Assembly: GCA_965287045.1 (NCBI GenBank)
Contig: OZ336875.1
Location: 16,368,001-16,432,000 of the forward strand
Length of the DNA: 64,000 bases
Origin: Carcharhinus amblyrhynchos
Lineage: Eukaryota
Reading direction: 5' to 3'
A program made the position numbers and the translations under genes. The notes under the pieces are model-generated. The model saw only the letters and a program-made list of their open reading frames with translations, was not told the DNA's origin and did no database searches. Positions 1 to 11,065 of this stretch are shown one piece after another. How positions within the stretch are numbered: position 1 is the stretch's first letter; each line of letters opens with the position of its first letter.

Positions 1-130
1 CAGACATGTGGGGCTTGTGGCCACTTTGGTCTTTGCAGTGGTTAGCTGGAGGAAGTTAAGGCTCAAACACTGTGCATCAAGCAGTCTACCGACATGGCTG
101 TAGCCTGCAAAGTGTATTCCATGGTAGTGG
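1..130 (-). mobile_element. Decayed L2-type LINE RT fragment
   Basis: Minus strand reads ..DCL.. and SLNFLQLTTAKTK, resembling the L2 RT 'NFLQLNxxKTE' motif. Confidence 0.45.
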
Positions 131-970
131 TCTGACAGACAGTTTGAATTAAACCCTAATTTCTTTTACACTGTAAGTCTTCCAGATCAAATTTTGATTG
201 AAAGCTTTTATTGGGGGTCCAGCAGAGTACTATATCCGCTGTTTCTAAATTAATTTATCATGGGCAGCTTTCAGGAGGTGTCACTTCTCTTCATGGCCTT
301 TAGCAATCTAAACTTACAATGCTGACATCATTCAGAATGGTGAAATTCATAAAAAATAAAGCCTGTGACAAAACACAATCCTCATTCTCTATTCGAAGAT
401 CAAAATGTTTTCATGAACTTAGATTGTCCATTTTAAGTTGGCTTGTGACCGGATATTATCAGATATGCATGAGGAAAAGCTGTTGTTGAGTAATTAAAGT
501 TTGGGAGCATTTACAGCTGAACTTTATAATACAACAAACAACTTCCTGGGCTGTATTAAAATAAATGCCCAGTTTCAAATTCCACTTGTTCTTGCCACAT
601 TCTCCTTTACCTGGACAAACCACAATGACTACACTTCCAAATGAATTCCATATTGATGGGGAAGCATTTTGGGATATCCTGGAGATGTAAGAAGTGCTAT
701 TTGAGATCCATTTCATTTACAGACCAGGAATAGGCCATTTGACCCAATCAGTGCATGCTGCCATTTATACTCCACATGAGTTCTTAGCCAACCTGCATAT
801 TCCTTATATTTCTTTCTCCCTCAAGTCTTTATCCAGCTTCCCTTTAAATGCATCTTCTGCCTTACAGCATCCCAAAAGAGCCATTTGCAGGTGCATGCTG
901 CCAGTTATGGATCACACCCCAAGTGTACAAGTCCTACATATTTTGTTTAAAGATACCAGTAGATTTCCCT

Positions 971-1013
971 CCTGTTGAAATGAACACAGGAACCTGTTGA
1001 AATGAACACAGGA
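971..1013. repeat. 21 bp direct tandem duplication
   Basis: CCTGTTGAAATGAACACAGGA at 971-991 and 993-1013. Confidence 0.9.
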
Positions 1014-2176
1014 CTGTACAAAATACTTGAGTAAAAACTGGGTGCCTACCAGCTTCTGGATGAAGAACACTCAACATGTGAGGAGGCCAATTGTGGTGAA
1101 CTGATGATCCCAGAGGCTGCTCACTAGCCAACCTGTTTTGAGCCTGTTGTTCCACTGGTAGCAATCCTTAATTTAGTCTTGGAAACGGGAGCGAGGAAAA
1201 CAGATTGCTAGAGGGTGAGGTGCCCAAATCTGTGGTAGTGCTGCGGAATACTCCTGTTCCTATTGGGAGGAGCACCTGAAGCTGGTATGGATCACACATT
1301 GGACATTGCGTCCAATAATTGATCATTTATCCTTCGTTTTCTACCCAGAAAATCAGCACCACAAGGATCAATTTCTTCCCCTTTGGCATAATTGTGTGAC
1401 ACGCAAAGCTAGTGGAGGTCTGAAAAGAAGAGAATAAAGAGTATAATATTAATACTATAATATTATTCAAATTGGATGCAAATATTTGTAAAGGCGCATA
1501 TTGTCTACTATTTACCTATTTGCAAGTCAATCAGGTGTCTGGCATAAAACTGTCCAAATGTGTTACTAATTGGTGGAAAATTGCCAATTTCCCTCAGGAT
1601 GACCGTATAACTGGTGTGGAAAGGAAAGCAGAGCTCTGTACTTCTGAGGTTGGGGCTCTGAGGCAAGGTATTGAGATAAATTAGGAGCAAATAGATTGAA
1701 ACTACCCAAGTTCAGTTGGCACAGGATTCTTTTAACAACAAGGCTGATAAGGCGCTAAATATTTGGCTGTAGGGCACCCCTCTTTTTAAAGCACTAAGCA
1801 GCCTCCTCAGCCTCCAGAATTGCAGACAGGAAGTACACACTCACTGTGAGCCTGAAGTATGCACCCTCCATGTTAGTGTAATGGCAAAATCACAGGCATT
1901 CAGGAACCATGCCTGAAACAAACTTGAGTTGAGGAATATCCACAGCTTGTTAGTGTAATTGTGCTGAGGCCTGAGGCCCAATAGCAATTGAGCTTACTTT
2001 CAGAAACAGATAGGCTGAATGCCTTGAGGTTAGGATCTATCAGCTTGTGTGTTTTTGCAGTCTCCAATGCATATCCTGAAAGCTGTAAACATAACTTTTG
2101 CTCTACATCTAACCATACCGTGCCTGATGTTGACCAGAATGGAAAGTTTATTTATCTTCTTCACGTTAACGAACAT

Positions 2177-2475
2177 GGGTGGCATGGTGGCATAGTGGTT
2201 AGCACTGCTGCCTCACAATGCCAGGGACCCAGATTTGACTCCTAGATTGGGTCACTGTCTGTGCGGAGTCTACACATTCTCCCTGTGTCTGCATTGGATT
2301 CCTCTGGGTGGTCTGCTTTCCTCCCGTAGTCTGAAAGATGTGCTGTTTAGGTGCATTGGCCATACTAAATTCTCCCTCATTGTACCTGAACAGGCACTGG
2401 AGTGTGGCGGCTAGAGGATTTTCCCTGTAACTTCAATGCATTGTTAATGTAAGCCTGCGTGTGACACTAATAAAT
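2177..2475 (+). mobile_element. tRNA-derived SINE (HE1/V-SINE-like)
   Basis: A box TGGCATAGTGG, decayed B box, V-type core TCTCCCTGTGTCTGC..TTTCCTCCC, tail GTGACACTAATAAA shared with other copies in the window. Confidence 0.85.
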
Positions 2476-2479
2476 ACAT

Positions 2480-3362
2480 AGAACACTACAGCACAAACAG
2501 GCCCTTCGGCCCACAAGTTGCGCCGATCACATCCATACCTACCAGGCCATAGAACTATCTGTAACTCCCAATCCCATTAAATCCCATATACTCATCCAGA
2601 AGTCTTTTAAAAGACCCCAGTGAGTTCGCCTCTATCACCACCGATGGCAGCCGATTCCACTCACTCACCACCCTCTGAGTGAAATCTTACTCCTAACATC
2701 TCCTCTGTACTTGCTTCCCAGCACCTTAAACCTGTGTCCTCATAGCGACCATTTCAGCCCTGGGAAATAGCCTCCGAGAATCCACCCTATCTATTCCTCT
2801 CAACATTTTATAAACCTCTATCAGGTCGCCTCTCAACCTTCGTCTCTCCAGGGAGAAGAGGCCTAGCTCCCTCAACCTATCTTTGTGAGGCATGCCTCCC
2901 AATCCAGGCAACATCCTTGTAAATCTCCTCTGCACCCTCTCAATAGCTTCCACATCCTTCCTGTAGTGAGGTGACCAGAACTGCGCGCAGTACTCCAAGT
3001 CGGGTCTGACAAGGGTCTTATAAAGCTGCAGCATTACCTCCCGACTCCTAAACTCAATCCCTCGATTAATGAAGGCCAGTACACCATATGCCTTCTTGAC
3101 CACATCCTCCACTTGCGAGGCCGATTTAAGAGTTCTATGGACCCAGACTCCAAGATCCTTCTGCTCCTCAATACTGCTAAGACTCCTACCCTTGATATTG
3201 TACTCCTTCATCCCATTGGTCCTGCCAAAATGGACCACTACACGTTTATCCGCGTTGAAGTCCATCTGCCACTCCTCCACCCAGCCTTGCATCCTATCTA
3301 TATCACACTGCAACTTCTGACATCCCTCTAGACTATCCACAAAACCACCAACCTTCATTTTA
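2480..3362 (-). mobile_element. 5'-truncated CR1 LINE (ORF2 C-terminus + 3' UTR) inserted in the SINE tail
   Basis: ORF 2726-3370 has LYKTLVRPDLEYCAQFWSP and RRRLRGDLIEVYK CR1 motifs; flanking AAATACAT at 2472-2479 and 3363-3370 is a probable TSD. Confidence 0.92.
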
Positions 3363-4544
3363 AAATACATTTTAAAACTTTCAACAATAAAAAAAGTATA
3401 GGAAGAAAATAATCAGGATTGAATGGGGTTCAATTTATTGACTTTAGATTATATTGAGTAAAAGAATGAATGAGAGACTAGTAAGAGGCATATGGGGTGA
3501 AGAGATGTTCGTGCAAGAACATACTTTCCCTTTTCCCCAGGGTATATGATATGTGCACCATTGCCCTTTAGGGAAAATTTGACCCCCCTCTAAGCTGCAA
3601 AACATGGTTCAACTTATGTAACGAGACAGGCGACAACTGAGGAAGTCAGAGACAGGGGAAATGGAGGGGGGAATGGTATTTCTAGATTGCCTGGGGGTTA
3701 TGCTGGGAAATATACTGCAGCTAAATAAATACTGCACAGCTTGCTTAAATTCACAAATGTCTTTCTGCCACTTGCTGTTTCCGAGCAACGCTTAACCAAT
3801 TTTAGCTCATTCTTTCCATAGCCCGGTAACAACAGCAGTTTTAAAAGAACTTGACATTTCTAAACTGAGCACAGGAGTTTTATCAGCCCAAATGTTGAGA
3901 AGGTTTGCAAAAACAGCCGTGGGGAATAAAGACAAAGAAAGTTTCATTTCACTTCAAATTTGTAAAAGAGAAATCCTTTGTGAACGCAGCAGTCACAAGG
4001 GAGAAAGGAATGTATGGAAAATGTTCCTAGATCTAGTGTGGCTATATGAGGTGCCCAATGAACCCAGGTTCCTGTCTAAGCAGCAATTATGCAGCCCTCA
4101 AAAGCAATGATCTGTGTTCTGTTTCAAATCAAAGTGAATGATTTCAGCAGCTGTTCCCATTCTACAGAATTTGAACTAGGATTATGTTTGCATGCGTTGG
4201 ATAATAAGTAGCACCAGGACATTGATTAAAATTATGAGTGAGAAAAATCATGTTGTGTTCTGTACATATTCACTCAAAATTAATGTCATTTTTTAAATCA
4301 GCTATCACAGATAATAATTTTGTGAATCTCATTATTTATGCATCATTTATGCACTTTTGAATGTCTTTACAATGTATTTATAACAAACTTACTACTGCCA
4401 GGAAAGTTTGATTTGAGACTCACATTGTTTAAATAAGAGAAAATAGATGGTCATACCAGATCAATGTCAATGGAAGTGATGGCTTTATTTTGATCTGTAC
4501 TTGATGGGGCCCTCATTCATGTTCATTCTACTTCACGGACTTCT

Positions 4545-5387
4545 GCTTTAACACCTTTTCCTCTCCCCTAGAATCATGATTGGGTTTCTGTATACCTTCC
4601 ACCCCCAACAGCTTCCATATTCAACGGATCTTCCTCCACTATTTTTGACACTACTTCCCCTCCTCTTTCAGCATCCCAGCCAGACCATTCCCTCCATGAT
4701 CCTGTGGTCAACACCCCTTACCTTTCCCACAGCACCTTGTCATACAAGTGCAGGAGATGCAAAACCTGTCCTTTCATCTCCTCCCTTCTCACGAGCCCAA
4801 AGTGTCCAGGTGAAACCATAATCATAGAAATCATAGAAACCTTATAGTGCAGAAAGACGCCATTCGGCCCATCAAGTCTGCACCAACCACAATCCCACCC
4901 AGGCCCTATCCCCATGTCCCCACATATTTTTACCACTAATCCCTCTAACCTACGCATTCTGGGAGACTAAGGGGCAATTTAGCATGGCCAATTAACCTAA
5001 CCCACACATATTTGGACTGTGGGAGGAAACTTGAGCACATGGAGGAAACCCATGCAGACACAGGAACAATGTGCAAACTCCACACAGACAGTGACCCAAG
5101 CCGGGAATCGAACCCAGGTCCCTGGAGCTGTGAAGCAGCCGTGCTAACTACTGTGGTACCGTGCTGCCCCTATAATAATAATATAACAATAATAATTGCA
5201 TAGTTCTTTCAATTTATCATATTGTATTTGCTGCTCGCGATATGGTCTCCTCCCCAAACAGACTAGGTTACAGCTTTTCAGAATACCTCCATTCAGTCTG
5301 TAAACGTTTTTCTGAGATTCCAGTCACCTGACATTTTAATTCTCCACCTTGCTCCCACTGTGATCTTTCTGTTCATGGTTTTCCACT
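4545..5387 (+). mobile_element. Decayed Penelope-like element (GIY-YIG endonuclease region), interrupted by a SINE
   Basis: AAGTGCAGGAGATGCAAAACCTGTCC encodes KCRRCKTC (Zn knuckle). After the SINE the sequence resembles the PLE 'NLxYCIxCSRxGL...RLGxxFxExLxSV...PVxxHFNSP' region, with frameshifts. Confidence 0.7.
4817..5170 (-). mobile_element. HE1-like SINE with LINE-type (TTCTATGAT)n tail
   Basis: Reverse-complement tRNA head GGGGCAGCACGGTACCACAGTAGTTAGCAC, B box GGGTTCGATTCCC, V core, repeated ATCATAGAA tail. Confidence 0.9.
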
Positions 5388-5635
5388 GTTATGGTTCAGG
5401 TCAACAGCTCTATAATTTTTTATGAAGCTTGCCTGGATTATAAGTTTTGCACCTTGTATTTGGCTAGGATAAGCATCATATGGTTCACCTCAGACCTGAT
5501 TCAAATTATCCACTAGAGAGCTTTTGTCAAGCTAAGTTTATTTAAGAATATAGTTAACATGTATAGAAAGAAAAATAGCATTACACAACCACAATAATGT
5601 ATAACCATTAACAAATATATCTAAGATATCAAACC
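5388..5635. mobile_element. Possible truncated LTR fragment
   Basis: Starts TGTTA at a sharp junction with the PLE remnant; contains TTTATT (AATAAA on the minus strand). No second end or TSD found. Confidence 0.35.
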
Positions 5636-5940
5636 ACCCAAAGGATTTGTTTAAGTCACAGGTAGATAGATTTCTGACCAATAAGGGAATAAAGGGTTAT
5701 GGGGACCAAATGGTAAGTGGAACTGAACCACTATCAGATCAGCCATGATCTTATTGAATGGCAGGGCAGGTGCCAGGGGCTAGATGGTCTATTCCTGCTC
5801 CTATTTCTTATGTTCTAAGTGCATGCAGACACAGGGAGAACATGCTAACTCCACACAGACAGTGACCTAAGCCAGGAATCGAACCCAGGTCCCTGGCACT
5901 GTGAGGCAGCAGTGCTAACACTATGCCATAATGCCACCCA
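5635..5940. mobile_element. CR1 3' end (+, about 5635-5815) abutting a SINE head (-, about 5820-5940)
   Basis: AGATCAGCCATGATCTTATTGAATGGC...TTTCTTATGTTCT matches the CR1 3' UTRs at about 24330 and 28715; reverse-complement SINE head follows. Confidence 0.8.
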
Positions 5941-7874
5941 CTTACTTTCACTGCAAATGATTGAAGTGAATAAGATAGAAAAGCATTTGAGAGGAAAGAA
6001 AATAAATGGTTACGGTGGTAGATTTAAATGGGAAAAGAAAAGAGAAGGCGCAAGTGGGTGGCATGGCTGGTTGGGCCAAATGGCCATTTCCTGTGCCTTA
6101 TATCCTTCATAATACACTATATTGAAAGGGACGCATTGAGTATTTAGCTGCAATCAGTTTTGTTTATGTGGGGATTTATCAACTCATTGTCATTGGCACT
6201 CTCCACTTAATGGTTAATACTTTCTGCAAGGCATCTAAGATTTAATAAAACATTGTATATATCTTTTTCTCTATCACAACAATTAACAGTTAGGACTACC
6301 TCAAGCTTTCACAAAACTATACACTAACAAAATATTGTATTATTCATTTCTTCAGTTGTCTTGTGATGATGTGCTCAAGCTTTTATGCCTGCCAACCACG
6401 CTTTAAAGCATGGTGTGAAATATAGAATTACAACAATTAGATGGAAACTGTAAGGGTTATATACCCAAGGATATATTAAGTTCATTTCACAGAGACTAAA
6501 CAAGAGGACAGGCACGACATTTTTCCTGAAAATGCAGAGCATGAAAAATGCATGCAGATGTCTTTGGGCTGCTGTAATTTTAATATCCGGTTCAGATCAT
6601 TAACAGAAGGGTGCTCCAACACTTGAACTCAGAAGTCAGATTTCATTCTTTTCCCTTTGATAGTGCTCTTGATAAACTCCAGAAGATAATATTCAGTTGT
6701 TTGCATATATTTTATAGTTCCAGGCATGATGTAAAATCAAATGTAATGCTGAATTTCTCAAAGGTCTTTGAGTGGCCCAATGACTGACTTTCAAACTTTT
6801 CATGGATGTCCACCTAAATGTGCAAGGGATGAAGCTTATCACTGCATGCTTCTGAAGACCACAAATCTGAATATTTCAAATGTTTGCGGAGGATGTTTGT
6901 GCTTATTTTAAAATGTTGAAATATTGATGATTAGATTCTAGAATTAGTTTGTATTGTGAGGCAGGGCTCTCTGACACGAACTGGCCAGTCATTGCAAAGA
7001 GATTGGTTGGTTAACACAGAGTTGCATAAGGAGCTTTGCAGGAATCCTTAAGTCTGCTTAATTGCACAGTTCACACCAACATGAATATTCTTGCTGATTA
7101 AAGGAGCAAATTCCATTCTCCAAAAAAAGGCTTATTCTTTTACAATAATATGTTTTAAACTGATTGATTGCTAAGTATCCACCTAATTCCACCTCTGTCA
7201 GTTAAGTAACAGTGTCTCATTTGTTCTTTTTATGGGATGTACAAAACAGAAAAATTCTAGCATTCCACATTCTACGAGGATTAAAGAATCTTACAACACT
7301 AAAGGCTTTTCTGCCCATCATGCCAACACTGGCTCTTTGAATGACCTATTTAATTGATCCCCTACCCTGTTCTTTCTCCACTGCACTTTGTAACTTTAAT
7401 GGAAAAAAGGAATGAACTGAGGCAGTAGTTGGGGCACATTTACATATTGGGACTCCAGTGAGTCTAGAATTATCAGTAAACAGAAGCTAAGGCTCTAATG
7501 CCGATTGGCTAAAACAATGACCTGAGATGACCTCCAGTCAAAAGAAACAAGTTGTCAAAAAGCCAGGAGCATTCTTCCCATTAGTCAAAAATTGCAAATA
7601 TTTGGTTAGAAGTTGTTAGTTGCATTGACACAGGTGCACAAACTTGGGATGGATTTTGCCAAAACTGCATACAAAAAGTGTATGAAGATAAGGAGGCATT
7701 GCAGAGGTTTTTACACTTGCCAAGGGATTGCATTCATCTCAGGACATTTAGTAAGCACATTTGTCAGAAGACAAAGTTAAGGGCTAGTAGTAGAGTACTT
7801 GTGAGTGTTGCAGACAAGAGGGGGTTAATTTAACTTACCAACCACCAATTTTTTCTCCCACAACCTGTCCGTAA

Positions 7875-8080
7875 TTTTTTTTATTCATTCATGAGACATG
7901 GGTGTCGCTTTCTCATGGCCAGTTGAGAATCAACCACATTGCTGTGGCTCTGGGATCACATGTAGACCTGACCAGGTAAGGATGGCAGATTTCCTTCCCT
8001 AAAGGACATTAGTGAATCAGATTAGTTTTTCTGACAAGTGACAATGGTTTCATGGTCACCAGTTGATTCTTAATTCCAGA
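7875..8080 (-). mobile_element. Fragment of a second SINE/LINE-tail family
   Basis: TCAACCACATTGCTGTGG..TCACATGTAG..GACCAGGTAAGGATGGCAGATTTCCTTCCCTAAAGGAC is complementary to the + copies at 38880-39210 and 43205-43540. Confidence 0.7.
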
Positions 8081-8134
8081 TAAACAGAAAAGTGTTTTGT
8101 TTTCCTCTTTTTTAGCATCAGCATGTTTCCCAAC

Positions 8135-8834
8135 TGTGAGGAACAGGTAAAGATGCTGTTAACACATATATCTGTACACCATAGAAAAATAGCATAAAGT
8201 TAGGTAGACTGGATATAGTCAGGCACATTGATAACCCACATTATGGAAACAACTGTGATTTTAGTCACAAACATAGGGCATAAAATTCGCTGCTGCTAAC
8301 CAATAGTCAGGGACAATAAAAAGACTGCCTGTGGTGTAGGAATAACACCAGATGTGTGGGTCCAAGTTATAAAAAGCAAATGGTATACAAGATGTGTTGT
8401 TTCTACAACTAAGCATAAAAGGAGGAAAAAGGTCACTGAGATAGTCGGGACAGCAGTGATTGAGTTGGCAAAGGATTGATTACCGCCAATCTGAACTGGA
8501 CATGTAACAGTGTTGGATAAGATGGATGAGTTTACTAATGCACTCTTGTGATAACAGAAGACATTGTTAGATGGGGAGTAGAGGGGATGGAAACTTGGGG
8601 CACCTCGAGCCAATAGGGGAATGACAACACATAGATGGGACAGGGACCACCAATTAGGGGAGAACAACACATTGCAAAGCTATTACAATGCTTGTAAAAA
8701 AGTATAAAAATGTGCTGCAAATCGATGTAAGGTGTGCCTATTTTATTGGACACCCGGTCTTGCAAGAACGTTAAATAAAATATCTTGCTCCTTCAGAACT
8801 TGACTTGACTAAACTGTGAGCTGCGTTTCTCACA
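8135..8834 (+). mobile_element. Solo LTR (700 bp) of an LTR retrotransposon or ERV
   Basis: TG...CA ends with terminal inverted repeat TGTGAGGAAC / GTTTCTCACA; perfect 5 bp TSD CCAAC (8130-8134 and 8835-8839); CCAAT at about 8610, TATAAAAA at 8703, AATAAA at 8774 in LTR order. Confidence 0.9.
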
Positions 8835-8891
8835 CCAACCGCTGTGTTTTCGTGTGATCCCACAGCAAACTTGAGACAGGATAACCTCAAA

Positions 8892-9014
8892 GGGCAGAAT
8901 TTTAGGCACAACCTTCTGAATTTCATACGATCCCACCTGAGACCAATGGAGAATGCCGTTCTCCGATCCTCGCCCACTTGAAATCAGGGTGGGCATGCCA
9001 GTAAAATTCTGGCC
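8892..9014. mobile_element. MITE, PIF/Harbinger-like
   Basis: TIRs GGGCAGAATTTTA / TAAAATTCTGGCC; 3 bp TSD AAA on both sides. Confidence 0.75.
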
Positions 9015-10564
9015 AAAGGGTTAGTTTATTTGTCCACACTCAAAATACAGGAGGAAGCCCATTATGTTGCCCCTCCTACGTTCCCCCCCCCCACCTCTGA
9101 TATTAATACAATTAAAAAGTGGTTAGACTACAGAGAAAAGAAACGTTGGTCAAGATTTAACACACACACACCCTGCAGAAGTGGCTTGCCAACTGGCCAC
9201 TAGTGTGAGATCTGCCAGTTCCACAAAGACTATGGCATTTTGTATGGCTCACCCGCCTCACCATCAGGGAAGCCACTGTGGAAGGTTGTATTTAGTAAGA
9301 GCAGAAGATTCTGTCATTCATTTCACATGGATCCCAGAGTCCAGGATCATTCTCCAATGAGGTATTTCATCATGGAGGTGGATGGGCTGCATAGCAGTGC
9401 CGGATAATTCACTTTTCCAGTGGTGTTGAGGAAGACATGTGGTGATAAACCAGTCTTGAAGGCAATGGTACAGACTTTCTTGTGGAAGCAGAGTAGATGG
9501 GACCAGAAATTTAACCTAGGTTAGAACCCCTCGATTGTGTGACTGCTAGTGAGATGGTAAACCACAGACTGCAATTTTGCAGTTCAGCAAGGCAATATTG
9601 CTGGTTCCACAAACTTGAGTCTCATGTCACATGGCTCCCACCTCTCCATACAGTGTTTGACAAAAGATATGTATCCTTCATTTGGGTCCGCAAGATTGTT
9701 GAATGTCTCAACCATTAAGAATTGAAAGGAAAGTCACAGGCCCTTTGTCTTCGCGGATGAGCTGTTGGTTACCCTGAGATATGAAATGCAGATGGCCTTT
9801 TTGTAGTTCTCTTTGAAATTGGTCTGTGCCACCCACGAAGGGTCATTTATATCTCTTCAGGGATAAAAATGCGTAAGTTTCTCAGATACTGCCAGTTGCT
9901 TTGTTAGTTTAGGCTCATGGACCAACAAAGATTCAGCCATTTTAAGTTTTAGTCCAGTTCAAAATATTTAGAAATAACAATAAGATATTTTTAATAAAAA
10001 GATATACAAACAAAATCTTAGTCCCTCTCATTAGGAAGTTAACATTTGCATGGAACATTGCAGGGTAAAATAACTGCCTTATTTTGGAGGTTGTTGTAAG
10101 AACCCAGATCAGTGTTAAAATCCAGTATATGGGCTAAAGGTATGTGGTCTTAGGGGAAAGTGAAGAGTCTTTGATAGAAATCTGTCTCCACCAGACAGAG
10201 AGAAAGGGATCCATTAGAGTGTACATTTTAAGTGAAGGGATGCATCTGCCTGTTGGAGTAAAGTTAACTAAGTTAAAATCTTGAAAGGCATCATGAATCA
10301 AGAGACTAGGTGCAAATAACAAAGGAGAGAAGATCCCAGAAGTCCCAGGATCGAAAAAACAACAGACTGATAGGCATTGGTCTTGTGAATGATGCCATGC
10401 CTTGAATAGCGCAAGAATAAGTGTTAATTTTTGTTTTTCCAATAGACCTTCTTAGGTCGAATTCTAGATTATGCCTCTAAAGTTATTTCTCAAGAAGAAT
10501 TTTCTTCTTGTTGAGTTAATAGAGTCAAGATCCCTACATGTTGAACCTTCTTTCACCATGTTTT

Positions 10565-11065
10565 ACAAAGAACAAAGAAAATTACAGCACAGGAACAGGC
10601 TCTTTGGCCCTCTAAGCCTGCACTGACCATGCTGCGCGACTGAACTAAAACCTCCTACTCTTCCGGGGATCATATACTTCCATTCCCAATCCTATTCACG
10701 TATTTGTCCCGACGCCCCTTAAAAATCACTATCGTTTTTACTTCCACTAGCTCCCCGGCAACGAGTTCCAGGCACCCATCACCCTCTGTGTAAAAAAACT
10801 TGCCTTGTACATCTCCTTGTCCCTGTCCATGCCCCTCATAATCTTGTAGACTTCTATCAAGTCACCCCTCAATCTCCATCATTCCAGTGAAAACAAACCA
10901 ACCTCACCTCATAGCTAATGCTGTCCATACCAGGCAATATCCTAGTAAATCTTTTCTATATCCTCTCCAAAGCCTCCACATCTTTCTGATAGTGTGATGA
11001 CCAGTTTTGAACACTATATTCCAAGTGTGGCCTAACTAAGGTTCTATCAAGCTGCTACATGACTT
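10565..11065 (-). mobile_element. CR1 3' fragment, host of the large CR1; a few bases resume at about 15164-15174
   Basis: (ACAAAGA)n tail, CR1 3' UTR and ORF2 C-terminal sequence (ACTATATTCCAAGTGTGGCCTAAC). Confidence 0.85.

Noticed and set aside
2177-2250. tRNA-like sequences here and at other SINE heads
   Set aside because: A/B boxes continue into SINE cores and tails; not tRNA genes.
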